A stretch of 50,210 bases of DNA from a virus. Taxonomy: Duplodnaviria > Caudoviricetes. The translations under genes and the position numbers were made by a program. Each line of letters starts with the position of its first letter. Position 1 is the stretch's first letter. The stretch spans positions 1 through 50,210 of the IMG/VR virus record IMGVR_UViG_3300045240_000072. One strand, written 5' to 3'. Positions 8,430 to 18,282 of the stretch are shown here, one piece after another. The notes under the pieces are model-generated. The model had not been told where the DNA came from, did no database searches, and saw only the letters and a list, made by a program, of their open reading frames with translations.

Positions 8430-8884
8430 CTGACGATCTAATCGCCTGGGCAATTCGTCACCACGTTTCATTCGAGGCGATCGCCGAACTGCGCGCCATG
8501 TGGGGCGATGCGGGCGGCCCGAGTCACGTCGACGATACGCTGCGCGGCCACGTAAGCGAAGCGGCTATTCAATCCCATTGCATCCTGGAAGCCCCGCGCC
8601 GTGGCCTACATCTGTTCCGCAATAACGTCGGCGCGCTCAAGTCGGAAGATGGCCGCATGATTCGCTTCGGACTGGCGAACGATTCGAAGCGACGTAACGA
8701 GATTATCAAGTCGGGTGATTTGATCGGTATCGGGCCGGGCGGTCAATTCGTTTCGATTGAGTGCAAGCGGCCCGGATGGACGTATTCGGGGCAGGGGCGC
8801 GAACCGGCACAGCTCGCGTGGATTCAGCTTGTAATCGCGGCCGGTGGGCGGGCGAAATTTGTTACTGACGCGGGGGAATTGTGA
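8426..8884 (+). CDS. VRR-NUC domain nuclease (Holliday junction resolvase-like)
   Basis: SEAAIQ, LFRNNVG, SGDLIG, FVSIECKR and Q..W...V...GG.A motifs. Confidence 0.88.
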   Translation: MTDDLIAWAIRHHVSFEAIAELRAMWGDAGGPSHVDDTLRGHVSEAAIQSHCILEAPRRGLHLFRNNVGALKSEDGRMIRFGLANDSKRRNEIIKSGDLIGIGPGGQFVSIECKRPGWTYSGQGREPAQLAWIQLVIAAGGRAKFVTDAGEL

Positions 8885-9051
8885 AAACGAACGAATCGCC
8901 GTGGCAAGAATATTTCAAACTCAGATTCGAAGCGTTGGTCGAAGAAGCCGCCGAATATGGCTTCGTGGCCACGGTTGAGCAATGTCCGTTGTTGCCGCTC
9001 AAAATGGGCAACTACGAAACGGTCGTAACGATTCGGGAGATGCGATCATGA
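8881..9051 (+). CDS. Small hypothetical protein (56 aa; MKTNESPWQEY...)
   Basis: Hand-translated; GTGA and ATGA overlaps with both neighbours; fills the gap. Confidence 0.7.
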   Translation: MKTNESPWQEYFKLRFEALVEEAAEYGFVATVEQCPLLPLKMGNYETVVTIREMRS

Positions 9052-9491
9052 ATCGAATCGTACGACATTACTTCGCCCAAAAACCCGATGTTACTATCGG
9101 TTCGCCCGACGACCCACACTTATTGCGTTGGTACGTCATACCGCGCAATCGGTTCTTTAACATCTACCTGCATTTGTTTCTGCGTAGCGATAATGACCGG
9201 GCCTTACACGATCATCCTTGGCTATTCAATCTCTCAATTTTGCTTGAGGGCGAATATGACGAGATAGTCACATCGGGCCGCGCTCGGCGCCACGCCGGAC
9301 AATGGAAACTTCGTATTGGTCCTGCGCCGCATCGTTTAGAACTCGTAGACAAACAATTTTGCTGGACGCTTTTTGTTACCGGGCCGCGCTATCGGACATG
9401 GGGGTTCTATTGCCCGCAAGGTTGGATACCTTGGATGGAATTTACCAAAGCGGATAATCCCGGCGAAATCGGGCCGGGGTGCGGTGAATGA
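9048..9491 (+). CDS. Cupin-fold protein
   Basis: LHDHPW...SILLEGEYDE and H(R)LEL...WTLFVTG cupin metal motifs. Confidence 0.75.
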   Translation: MNRIVRHYFAQKPDVTIGSPDDPHLLRWYVIPRNRFFNIYLHLFLRSDNDRALHDHPWLFNLSILLEGEYDEIVTSGRARRHAGQWKLRIGPAPHRLELVDKQFCWTLFVTGPRYRTWGFYCPQGWIPWMEFTKADNPGEIGPGCGE

Positions 9492-9679
9492 AATCAGTCG
9501 GTCAACAACTCGAAAAACTCATCACACTTTGCGGCACGAAAGACGTGAACTGGTGGGAAGAAACATTTATCCGGGGCATGTGGGCGGCGTACTTACGCGC
9601 TAACGAATCGACCGGGGGCATGACCGGGCCGATGGTGGAAAAGATCGAACAAATTTACAGAAAACATTTTCCCGCATGA
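9488..9679 (+). CDS. Small hypothetical protein
   Basis: 63-aa ORF, ATGA-coupled. Confidence 0.7.
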   Translation: MKSVGQQLEKLITLCGTKDVNWWEETFIRGMWAAYLRANESTGGMTGPMVEKIEQIYRKHFPA

Positions 9680-9969
9680 AATTTAAACCGGAAGACCGCA
9701 AAGCGCAGATTATCGCCGAAGCGTTGCGCCAGGCTCGCCAGCGTGGCTATCAGAACGTTCGCGTCGAGCATATCGCCGAGGTCTTGAGCATCACGCCGGG
9801 CCTGATCTACCACTATTACAAAACAGTGCCGTTGCTCAAGCGGGCCATTATGGGCGCGGCCATCGCGCAGCGGGTACCGGAGATCGTGGCGCAAGGGCTC
9901 GTGTCTAAAGATCCGCGTGCGCTGAACGCGCCGGACGAGCTGAAGGAATTGGCGAGGGCTACGGTATGA
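9676..9969 (+). CDS. TetR-like helix-turn-helix protein
   Basis: RKAQIIAEAL...GYQNVRVEHIAEVLSITPGLIYHYY matches the TetR_N pattern. Confidence 0.85.
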   Translation: MKFKPEDRKAQIIAEALRQARQRGYQNVRVEHIAEVLSITPGLIYHYYKTVPLLKRAIMGAAIAQRVPEIVAQGLVSKDPRALNAPDELKELARATV

Positions 9970-10403
9970 AAACCGCCGTTCACTTTTCAAGTGCGACAGA
10001 CCTGCACGCTACGCCGCAATCCTATTTTGACGAAATCAATACCGAATTTGGCGGATTTATCCTCGACGTATGCGCAACGCACGAAAACGCCAAATGCGCA
10101 TGGTATTTTACAGAAGACGAAGACGGGTTACAACAAAATTGGGACACGGCGGGACTCGGGCCCGTGTGGATGAATCCGCCCTATGGCCGTGGCATAGGCG
10201 CATGGGTTAAAAAAGCACATGAAACGGCACTTACCGGAACGACCGTCGTAGCACTGCTTCCGGCTCGAACCGATACCGCTTGGTTTCAAGATTACTGCAT
10301 TCCCTTTGGTGAAATACGTTTCATTCGCGGGCGCCTAAAATTTGGCGGCGCGTTGAACAGCGCGCCGTTTCCGTCGGCGCTCGTGATATTCCGCGCTCAG
10401 TAA
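9966..10403 (+). CDS. dam: Phage DNA N6-adenine methyltransferase (Dam family)
   Basis: TPQ, LDVCA, EDGL..W, WMNPPYG, LLPARTDTAWF and RGRLKF motifs. Confidence 0.9.
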   Translation: MKTAVHFSSATDLHATPQSYFDEINTEFGGFILDVCATHENAKCAWYFTEDEDGLQQNWDTAGLGPVWMNPPYGRGIGAWVKKAHETALTGTTVVALLPARTDTAWFQDYCIPFGEIRFIRGRLKFGGALNSAPFPSALVIFRAQ

Positions 10404-10407
10404 CCCG

Positions 10408-12690
10408 ATGCGCTCACTTCCCGACGCCCTGGCGCCTTTGGCCGCCTACCGCCAATTTATCCTTTGCAAGCTCGTTCCGAACGGTGCGAAAACGCTAAAA
10501 CTCCCGTGCGATTGGCGAACCGGGCAACCGTGCGATGCTCACGATCCCCAATTCTGGTCAACGTTCGAGCATATCGCCAGCGTTGTCGTATCAAATCCCG
10601 AACAGGGCTATTGCGTCGGCTTCACGTTCACCGCGCATGATCCATTTTGGTTTATCGACATTGATCATTGCTGGACCGGAACAACCTGGACACCGATCGT
10701 TTATGAACTGTGTGGTCAACTCGCTGGCTGCGCGTCGGAAATATCGCAATCCGGAACGGGCCTGCACCTTTTTGGTCGTGGAACGCCGCCGACGCTTCGG
10801 CGCATCAAAGACCACACAAACCAACTGTTCGACCTGTACACCGAACGCCGATTTGTTGCGCTCACCGGTGACGGGGCGGCCGGCGACGCGAATACCGACC
10901 ACACCACCGCGTTGGGCACAATTGTCGCGAAGCACCTCACGCCTACTACGCCAACGCAGGCCGCGAGCTGGACAACCGAGCCGATGCCCGAGTGGCGCGG
11001 TCCGACCGATGATGACGACCTGATACGCCGGGCGCTTATGTCCGCCGGCCTGTCATCCTTCGGGGGCGCTACGTTCGCCGACCTATGGCAATGCAACGTT
11101 GACGTGCTGGCGCGTGTGTATCCCCCCGATCCGAACTCGTCCGATGCGTTCGGCGCCAGTACGGCGGATAGCGCCCTCGTGTCTCACTTGCTGTTTTGGA
11201 CTGGTAAGAACTGCGAACGTACCCGCGAACTGATGAAGCGGTCCGCCCTCGTGCGCGACAAGTGGCAGCGCGAGGATTATCTCGAACGGACGATACTCAA
11301 AGCCGCCGCCGTTGTGGCCAAAGTGCTACAGGATAAAGAGATCGCCCCGCCGGTGACCGTCTCGGCGCCGACGAGCATCGCGACCAGTACGTTCGTGCCG
11401 TCTCAAAAACTCGGGGAGGTGTTCGCCGGCTGTGTGTATGTCCAGGATAACAATGCGATGCTGATGCCGACCGGTAAGATCATCGATCAACAACGGTTCA
11501 ATATGCACTTCGGCGGTATGGCGTTCTGCCTGGACGCCGAGAATGACAAGATCGCTAAACATCCGTGGGACGCGTACGCAAACAACCGGGTGACCCGCTT
11601 GCCGCGTGCCGAATCGACATGCTTTCGTCCGGACATGCCGTTTCAATCGTACCTTGACATCCAGGGCTTGAGCTTCGTCAACGCGTACAAACCGCCTGTC
11701 GTGGCGCGCAAACCAGGCGATCCAACCCCGTTTATTACCCACATCCGCAAATTGCTGCCACATGGCGATGACGCATTGATTTTCATTTCCTACATGTGCG
11801 CAGTGGTCCAGTATCCGGGATATAAATTCCGTTGGGCGCCGTTCCTGCAGGGCGTGGAAGGTAACGGCAAGGGCTTGATACTTGAAGCGTTGATCCGCGC
11901 GTTGGGCGACAAATATGTGTTCATGATCGGCCCGGACATGATCGCCAACGGTTTCAATGCCTGGGCAGAAAACAACGTCCTGTATGTGGCGGATGACATT
12001 TTCCGCACCGACAACCGGGAAACAATGATGGATGGCCTGCGCCGGTACATTACCGAACAACGGCACCCGGTGACCTATAAGGGGATCGACGCCACGAACA
12101 AGCGCATTTGCGGCAATTGGGTGTTTTTCGATAACCACGCTGAGCTGATGCGTATTACTGATAAGACACGGCGTATTTGCGCGTTGTATTGTGAGCAACA
12201 GCACGTATACCAACTCGAATCGTCCGGATTGAACGAATCATATTTCAATTATTTTTTCATTCCCTGGTTGAACAATGGCGGATATGAGATCGTGGCAGAT
12301 TATCTGCATACTGCGCCAATCGACCCCCGTTACAACCCGGCCGGCGCATGCCAGCGCGCACCAAAGACAACCAGCACCGCGCTCGCCATCGCCGACGGCC
12401 GCACCGTGTTTGACGCAGATCTGGTCGAGTGGATCGAGACGGGCGAACCCGGGTTTTGTGGTGGGTATATCAGCGTTACGATGCTTAAGCGGCGCATGGA
12501 CAAGCCGCCATCATCGGTTCGCTTGCGGCAAATGCTGGGCGCCCTCGGATACGTTGCGGCGGGACGTGTGTCGCGTAAGGTACACCCGGACGAGGCGCAA
12601 TCGATTATTTACGCCAAAATCGGGATGGTTGTTGTGGACCTGGCCGCCGAATACGAAGCGGCGCAATTACGGGGAAATTTCCATGCATAA
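10408..12690 (+). CDS. DNA primase fused to an SF3-type (D5-like) helicase/NTPase
   Basis: FIDIDHC, EISQSGTGLHLF and RFVALTG primase motifs; Walker A GVEGNGKG; FNAW and YVADD. Confidence 0.88.
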   Translation: MRSLPDALAPLAAYRQFILCKLVPNGAKTLKLPCDWRTGQPCDAHDPQFWSTFEHIASVVVSNPEQGYCVGFTFTAHDPFWFIDIDHCWTGTTWTPIVYELCGQLAGCASEISQSGTGLHLFGRGTPPTLRRIKDHTNQLFDLYTERRFVALTGDGAAGDANTDHTTALGTIVAKHLTPTTPTQAASWTTEPMPEWRGPTDDDDLIRRALMSAGLSSFGGATFADLWQCNVDVLARVYPPDPNSSDAFGASTADSALVSHLLFWTGKNCERTRELMKRSALVRDKWQREDYLERTILKAAAVVAKVLQDKEIAPPVTVSAPTSIATSTFVPSQKLGEVFAGCVYVQDNNAMLMPTGKIIDQQRFNMHFGGMAFCLDAENDKIAKHPWDAYANNRVTRLPRAESTCFRPDMPFQSYLDIQGLSFVNAYKPPVVARKPGDPTPFITHIRKLLPHGDDALIFISYMCAVVQYPGYKFRWAPFLQGVEGNGKGLILEALIRALGDKYVFMIGPDMIANGFNAWAENNVLYVADDIFRTDNRETMMDGLRRYITEQRHPVTYKGIDATNKRICGNWVFFDNHAELMRITDKTRRICALYCEQQHVYQLESSGLNESYFNYFFIPWLNNGGYEIVADYLHTAPIDPRYNPAGACQRAPKTTSTALAIADGRTVFDADLVEWIETGEPGFCGGYISVTMLKRRMDKPPSSVRLRQMLGALGYVAAGRVSRKVHPDEAQSIIYAKIGMVVVDLAAEYEAAQLRGNFHA

Positions 12691-12735
12691 GAGTGCCATT
12701 TACGAATATCAACGGTGGGTTCGCCTGTTTCTTGA

Positions 12736-13104
12736 TCAGGCGAACGATTTGCCCGTCTTAGGGTCGGCGCCTTGTGACAACATCGATTCGATCGCGGCAT
12801 CCAAATCAGAAACCCAGTCCGGCGAGCCGTGCAAGTAGGCTTGTTGTAATTGGAAAAACCTCTCGTGTAACTCGAACGGTATGCTTATTGCGAACAAGCA
12901 AGGATTTCCTGCAGCCTTGTGTTTCGCGTAATACCGTATCGAATCGTTCTGTGCGCGCTTTTTCGCGGCGTACTCTTTCATACATTCCACACAATTTCCC
13001 GTAGAGACGTATCGAACGCCTGTGTGTCCGCGGCGGCATGGTGCGCCTGTCGAGTACGTCTTTCCCCCTAGTTCCAATGCCGAAATTCTAGGATCCGCGC
13101 TCAT
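12736..13104 (-). CDS. Zinc-finger protein (C-x3-H...CxxC)
   Basis: YSTGAPCRRGHTGVRYVSTGNCVEC resembles the N-terminal finger of phage HNH proteins; no HNH domain follows. Confidence 0.7.
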   Translation of the reverse strand: MSADPRISALELGGKTYSTGAPCRRGHTGVRYVSTGNCVECMKEYAAKKRAQNDSIRYYAKHKAAGNPCLFAISIPFELHERFFQLQQAYLHGSPDWVSDLDAAIESMLSQGADPKTGKSFA

Positions 13105-13168
13105 AATTAAATTCCCCATAAATGTAGTCGGAACGTAGCATTATAACTAGCAAACACCAATTTCGCAA

Positions 13169-13281
13169 CCCCCTATAATTCATTTCAGACTATATTTATA
13201 CTATATATTCTAACGCGAGAGAATCTTATTATAAATAAAATACGTATAACATAATCATAGTCTGAAATGAATTATAGGGGG
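13169..13281. repeat. Perfect 25-bp inverted repeat around a 63-bp AT-rich spacer (candidate origin or packaging site)
   Basis: CCCCCTATAATTCATTTCAGACTAT (13169-13193) / ATAGTCTGAAATGAATTATAGGGGG (13257-13281); outer CTAGCAAAC/GTTTGCTAG. Confidence 0.9.
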
Positions 13282-13318
13282 GTCGAAAATCACCGTTTGC
13301 TAGCTATCGTGCTATGGT

Positions 13319-13347
13319 TTTACCGTACCGTAACGCTGTGATACGAT
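13319..13347 (+). promoter_or_regulatory. Putative promoter of the terminase operon
   Basis: TTTACC-17 nt-TACGAT with an extended TG. Confidence 0.4.
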
Positions 13348-13917
13348 GTGGCCATTATGACGCCCGACCAAATCGCCTTATTCGACCGATTAACGCCACT
13401 TCAAAAAGAGGTTGCGACGAATGTGCTGTCTGGAATGAAACCGATTGATGCGTACCGGGCGTCGAGCGGGAAAGCCAAGGACGACAACTCGCGAAGTGCG
13501 GCGGTGAATCAAATCTTGGGCAATCTTAATGTGGTCGCTTTTATGAAATCGGTACAAATCCCCGCCGTGGATAGCGGGATAATGACGCGTGACGAGGCGT
13601 TACGGCGTCTCTCTGCGCTGGCCCGTACGCAATTGTCGGAACTGGTAATTTTTACCGAAGCCGAAATTCAACGCCCGAACGGCGGGACGGAAATTCAAAC
13701 GTTGTGGTCAATAATCCCAAGCGCATTGCAAGATCCCGAAAAGCTAGCCGCTATCGCCGAATTGACCGCAACGAAGGATGGCCCGAAGATCAAACTACAC
13801 TCGCCGCTTGCCGCGATAAAACAAATTGCCGAAATGCAAGGGTGGCTATCGCCCGAAGCAAGCAATCCTCAATCCGACAATATCCTGGTGATTAAAGGCG
13901 GTTTGCCCGATGCCTGA
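13348..13917 (+). CDS. terS: Terminase small subunit (start may be ATG 13357)
   Basis: AYRAS HTH-like N-terminus, MTRDEALRRLSALAR, KIKLHSPLAAIKQ; immediately upstream of terL. Confidence 0.85.
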   Translation: MAIMTPDQIALFDRLTPLQKEVATNVLSGMKPIDAYRASSGKAKDDNSRSAAVNQILGNLNVVAFMKSVQIPAVDSGIMTRDEALRRLSALARTQLSELVIFTEAEIQRPNGGTEIQTLWSIIPSALQDPEKLAAIAELTATKDGPKIKLHSPLAAIKQIAEMQGWLSPEASNPQSDNILVIKGGLPDA

Positions 13918-15217
13918 AATCACGCTTCCCACGCTGCACGCCGGCCAGGTAACCCTATGGCAAGACCGCGCACGATTCAATGCCGTGTGTTGCGGCCGGC
14001 GATGGGGCAAGACTAAAGACCTGATAACGAAAGCGGGAAATGCTTGTGCACGCGGCGAAAAGGTCGGAGTGTTCACGCCGGAGTATAAGCAATGGTCGGA
14101 AATCTTTGACGAACTGAAAGCCATTTTGCAACCGATTCGGACAACGGTTAATAAATCAGATGGAGTGTTGCGAACCGGGTTTAAAAACTTGCGCGGCTTT
14201 GTTGATTTTTGGTCTGTCAACGATAACGAGTTGGCCGGCCGGGGGCGCGAGTATGACTTGATCCTCGGCGACGAAATGGCGTTTACCAAGAATAAGCAAA
14301 TGCTTTGGACTTGGAAAAAAGCGATTCGCCCGACCTTACTTACCACGCGCGGCGACGTTTGGATGTACAGCACGCCAAACGGGAACGATCCGGAGAATTT
14401 TTTCTACGCGATCAACCATGATGAAAAATTAGGCTTTAAACAACACCATGCGCCAACCAATACCAATCCTTACGTGCCGCTTGAAGAGTTCGAGCTTGAG
14501 CGGTTGAATAACCATCCGCTTGTATTTGAGCAAGAATTCCTCGCAAAGTTTGTCGATTGGTCCGGCGTCGCGTTTTTCTCTCTCGACAAGCTCACAGTAC
14601 TCTCTCTCACAAATGAGACAGGTCGTACAGGCGTACCGTGGCCGATGCGCTGCGATGCGATATTTGCAGTGATTGATTCGGCGTTGAAAGATGGCAGCGA
14701 GAATGATGGGACGGCGGTAAAATGGTTCGCCATAACGAAGGGCTGGGGCGTACCGCTTGTGGTGCTCGATTGGGAAATCCTGCAGATCAAGGCCGATATG
14801 CTCAACACGTGGCTACCGAGTGTCGCCCAGCGCGGCGAACAACTGGCCAAGATATGCGAATGTCGGGGCGGGTTTATCGGCGGGTTTATCGAGGACAAGG
14901 GCAGCGGTATTGCCTTGAATCAATATGCGCAGCGGGTCGGCCTGCCGTTCCAGCCGATCCAGGGCGACATCACGTCGATCGGAAAAGATGGCAGGGCGAT
15001 CATGGCGTCCGGCGCGGTCCATCGTGAAGAAGTCAAGTATTCCGCGCATGCGTATGATAAAGTGCTGGAATTCAAGGGCCAGACGCGAAACCATTCGATT
15101 AGTCAGGTATGCGGCTACCGGATCGGCGATAAAGACGCAGCGAAACGCGCCGATGACCTTGCGGACTGTTTCACTTATGGCATCATTCTCGGCCTCAACG
15201 GGGCAGACGGGTTTTAG
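13910..15217 (+). CDS. terL: Terminase large subunit
   Basis: CGRRWGKT Walker A, GREYDLILGDEMAF Walker B, YSTPNG, nuclease IDSA, IEDKGSG, DDLAD. Confidence 0.95.
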   Translation: MPEITLPTLHAGQVTLWQDRARFNAVCCGRRWGKTKDLITKAGNACARGEKVGVFTPEYKQWSEIFDELKAILQPIRTTVNKSDGVLRTGFKNLRGFVDFWSVNDNELAGRGREYDLILGDEMAFTKNKQMLWTWKKAIRPTLLTTRGDVWMYSTPNGNDPENFFYAINHDEKLGFKQHHAPTNTNPYVPLEEFELERLNNHPLVFEQEFLAKFVDWSGVAFFSLDKLTVLSLTNETGRTGVPWPMRCDAIFAVIDSALKDGSENDGTAVKWFAITKGWGVPLVVLDWEILQIKADMLNTWLPSVAQRGEQLAKICECRGGFIGGFIEDKGSGIALNQYAQRVGLPFQPIQGDITSIGKDGRAIMASGAVHREEVKYSAHAYDKVLEFKGQTRNHSISQVCGYRIGDKDAAKRADDLADCFTYGIILGLNGADGF

Positions 15218-15471
15218 GCCCCTTTATTGCCGATCCATTGACCCTGGATTGTCCAGTAACCCGGAATGATTAGGCCGTGAGCGGAGCGCACGAGCCGGGC
15301 ATTTGTCAAATGCACTTCAGCGTTGACGTATTCTTCGGAGAACTCGGCGAGGATTTGAGCGCAGCGGTCAGCGATCTTGGAGTCGTGCAATTTGCCGAGG
15401 TTGACCGTTTTGACGCGGGAGTCGGTCAAAGTGATTTGGAGTTGCTTTTCTGAGGGCTTGGTTGCTTTCAT
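15214..15471 (-). CDS. Small early (moron-like) hypothetical protein
   Basis: ACGGAG RBS; driven by the repeat promoter at 15503-15531; opposite strand to its neighbours. Confidence 0.75.
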   Translation of the reverse strand: MKATKPSEKQLQITLTDSRVKTVNLGKLHDSKIADRCAQILAEFSEEYVNAEVHLTNARLVRSAHGLIIPGYWTIQGQWIGNKGA

Positions 15472-15502
15472 GATCTGCTCCGTTTCGTTGATCGATGAAC
15501 CC

Positions 15503-15531
15503 ACTTTAGTTGAATAATTCAACCATGTCAA
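15503..15531 (-). promoter_or_regulatory. Repeated sigma70 promoter with palindromic operator, copy 1
   Basis: TTGACA-TGGTTGAATTATTCAAC-TAAAGT (17-nt spacer holding the GTTGAAT-N-ATTCAAC palindrome). Confidence 0.88.
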
Positions 15532-15581
15532 GCAGTATTTTACGTTGTAGAATGCGATAACATCCCAACCGAACGCATATC

Positions 15582-15911
15582 ATGAGCAATTCAGGCTTTC
15601 CAAACGCACAAAACAATCCGGGCGCGGCCACGCCGGTCTATGAGACGGGGTATGCCGCCAAGAACATCACGACCAGTACGAACACGCTCGTCAAGACCGG
15701 TGTCGGTACGTTTGGGCGCGTAACGGTCAATACCGCGCAGGCCGGCGCAACCGTAACGGTGTACGACGGGATCGATAATACCGGCGTGAAACTGGCCACA
15801 ATCAGCGCGGCGGCGCAGGTTTCCCTCGCGTACGGCATCGCCCTAGCGACGGGCTTATACGTCGTGACGGCGGGCGGGTCGCCGGCGGACATCACTATCG
15901 CTTACGCGTGA
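15582..15911 (+). CDS. Small beta-rich putative virion protein (paralog of 27154..27528)
   Basis: VKTG.G..G.V.V....A....YD motif shared with the ORF at 27154. Confidence 0.7.
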   Translation: MSNSGFPNAQNNPGAATPVYETGYAAKNITTSTNTLVKTGVGTFGRVTVNTAQAGATVTVYDGIDNTGVKLATISAAAQVSLAYGIALATGLYVVTAGGSPADITIAYA

Positions 15912-15912
15912 T

Positions 15913-17319
15913 ATGAGCGAAATCTTCGTTCAAGGCTCGGCGCTGGGCAACCAGCTGCAGCAGTTCCTCATGTCCGATTATGTCGAGGCGGGAACCGAGC
16001 CGAGCTATCAGCTGTGCAAGATCATTTACGAATGGCACCCGCTTGGTCTCAAAATGGCGCAAAAGCCACTGCGTATCGCCATGAGCCAGGCGCGCGAGAT
16101 CGTCATCAAGAACGCACCAGGCGATGCGGTCAAAGAGGCGTTCCTGACCGAATGGACGGCCCTGGGCGCAGATGATCACATCTTGAATGTCGGCACACTG
16201 GCGCGCATCTACGGTATCGCCTCGTGCGCATATGGTGCGCCGGAAATCCCGACGAACGAGGATATCCCGCTGGCGAAGCTTCCCGGCTTACGGCTCTATT
16301 TCAATGATCTGGACCCGCTCAACACGTCCGGCTCGCTGGTCCTGAATCAAGATCCGAACTCGCCCGACTTCCAGAAACACGCCGCGATCACGGTAGCCGG
16401 CCAGCCATACGCCCGGTCGCGCTCGGTCACGATCATGAACGAGAAGCCGATCTACATCAGCTATACGTCGTCGGCGTTCGGGTTCTCCGGGCGGTCGGTC
16501 TACCAGCGTGCGCTATTCCCGCTCAAGTCATTCGTCCAGACGATGATCACGGATGACATGGTGACGAAAAAAGCCGGCGTCATTGTGGCTAAGATCAAAC
16601 AGGTCGGCTCGATCGTCAATAACCTGATGGCCGGCGCGCTGGGCATCAAGCGCGACATCATTCAGGAATCGGCGACGAACAACGTTATCAACATCGGCCC
16701 GGACGATTCGGTTGAAACGCTGGACATGCAGAACGCCGAAAAAGCGAACTACGCGCGCAAGAACATCCTTGAGAATATCGCGGCGGCCGACGATATGCCG
16801 GCGCGTATGCTGACCGAGGAAACGCTCGCGGAAGGGTTTGGCGAAGGGTCGGAGGATGCGAAGAAAGAGGCGCAGTACATCGACCGCATGCGCAAATGGC
16901 TCGCGCCGCTCTATTCGTTCTTTGAACCAATCGTGATGTACCGGGCGTGGAATCCGGAATTTTACAAGACGATGCAGGCGTTACACCCGGACATTTACGG
17001 CGGGGTAGAGTATTCCGTCGCCTTCACGTCCTGGGTCAATTCGTTTAAGGCGGAATGGCCGAACTTGCTCAAGGAGCCGGATAGTGAACTCGCGAAGGCC
17101 GAGAAGGTCAAGCTTGAGGGCATCGTCCAGTTGTTGCAAACGTTGCTCCCGTTGCTGGATCCGGAGAACAAGGCCCGGATGATTCAATGGGCGTGTGACA
17201 ATTGCAACGATATGAAATTGTTGTTTGGGGCGGCGCTGGAATTCGATATGGACGCGCTGATGGCGTACGTGCCGCCGGAGTCAGAGAAGCCCGATAATGG
17301 ATCGCCTGAAAAAGATTGA
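15913..17319 (+). CDS. Portal protein (DUF1073 family)
   Basis: 468 aa after terL; YQLCK.IY..HPLG.KM, LDPLNTSGSLV, FGFSGRSVYQRAL, GFGEGSEDAK. Confidence 0.88.
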   Translation: MSEIFVQGSALGNQLQQFLMSDYVEAGTEPSYQLCKIIYEWHPLGLKMAQKPLRIAMSQAREIVIKNAPGDAVKEAFLTEWTALGADDHILNVGTLARIYGIASCAYGAPEIPTNEDIPLAKLPGLRLYFNDLDPLNTSGSLVLNQDPNSPDFQKHAAITVAGQPYARSRSVTIMNEKPIYISYTSSAFGFSGRSVYQRALFPLKSFVQTMITDDMVTKKAGVIVAKIKQVGSIVNNLMAGALGIKRDIIQESATNNVINIGPDDSVETLDMQNAEKANYARKNILENIAAADDMPARMLTEETLAEGFGEGSEDAKKEAQYIDRMRKWLAPLYSFFEPIVMYRAWNPEFYKTMQALHPDIYGGVEYSVAFTSWVNSFKAEWPNLLKEPDSELAKAEKVKLEGIVQLLQTLLPLLDPENKARMIQWACDNCNDMKLLFGAALEFDMDALMAYVPPESEKPDNGSPEKD

Positions 17320-17470
17320 ACACGCGCGGCAAACGCAACCTCTCGCCGAATTGCGGCGTAAATGGGAAAAGTCGCGCGGACGGCATTCTAACGCCCGTTG
17401 GTCGCAAGAGGCAGTCGATCTCGTGTATGCGGAGGGCCGAGAATTGATGAAAAATATTCGGCAAGAGTGA
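17297..17470 (+). CDS. Small hypothetical protein (57 aa; MDRLKKIEH...)
   Basis: Hand-translated; fills the gap and ends in a TGATG junction with the next gene. Confidence 0.55.
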   Translation: MDRLKKIEHARQTQPLAELRRKWEKSRGRHSNARWSQEAVDLVYAEGRELMKNIRQE

Positions 17471-18282
17471 TGAGTAATTTTTATACTCTCATCAACGAAG
17501 CAATCGCCGACATCGAAGCGCACGGCTACGACAGCCAATCGCGCATTGACCGCTGGATGGAGCGGATCGAGCAAGCGGCGCGCGCGGCCATGTTGCCCGA
17601 ATCGTCCGTTCGTAACGCCCTAGCGAATTCACTCACCGGCATATGGCGCCGCCAGGTTGAGCGCGGCATTGTGCTCAAGAACCACCCGGGCATCAGTCGT
17701 TTCAGCCTGGAGCACATCAAGCCGATGCTGCGCGCGGACCTTGACCGCCGCATCATGGCTTCGGCCCAGTTGATCAAATTGAACCGGCAGCAGAGCATCG
17801 CCAAGACGCTGCAACGGTTCAGCGGGTGGGCCACGTCGATACCGGCGGGCGGGTCGAAAGCGGTCGACAAGCCTGAGGTACGGGACGATCTCAAGAAAGC
17901 GTTGCGTTCCCTGCCGTATGAGGAACGGCGGGTCGCGATCGATCAGGGGCACAAGCTCGTGGCCACGATCAACGATATTCTGGCCGTCGAAGGCGGCGCG
18001 ATCGCAGCGGAATGGCATAGTAATTACCGACAGCCGGGGTATGACGCGCGGCCCGACCACAAGGAACGGGACGGCGGTGTGTACCTGATTCGCGGAAACT
18101 GGGCGAGCGCGCAAAGTCTCGTCAAGCCCGGACCGGCCGGATGGTCGGACGTGATTACACAGCCGGCAGAGGAACCGTTTTGTCGGTGCCAGTTCGATTA
18201 TATCTACTCATTGCGCCGGTTGCCCGAGGGCATGCTCACGGCGAAGGGTCGGGCGGCGTTGGTGCCGAAGCAGGCGGCTTAA
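17470..18282 (+). CDS. Minor head morphogenesis protein (MuF/SPP1 gp7-like)
   Basis: DQGHKL, WHS, RPDHKERDG and QPAEEPFCRC motifs; follows the portal. Confidence 0.85.
   Translation: MSNFYTLINEAIADIEAHGYDSQSRIDRWMERIEQAARAAMLPESSVRNALANSLTGIWRRQVERGIVLKNHPGISRFSLEHIKPMLRADLDRRIMASAQLIKLNRQQSIAKTLQRFSGWATSIPAGGSKAVDKPEVRDDLKKALRSLPYEERRVAIDQGHKLVATINDILAVEGGAIAAEWHSNYRQPGYDARPDHKERDGGVYLIRGNWASAQSLVKPGPAGWSDVITQPAEEPFCRCQFDYIYSLRRLPEGMLTAKGRAALVPKQAA

Noticed and set aside
13169-13281. MITE/IS ends or protelomerase target
   Set aside because: Single copy, no evident target duplication, no transposase or protelomerase gene, and the arms are separated by 63 bp
15913-17319. Anti-CBASS (Acb1) function sometimes attached to DUF1073 annotations
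   Set aside because: Size and position indicate a portal; no extra 2H-phosphoesterase domain with paired HxT motifs is evident
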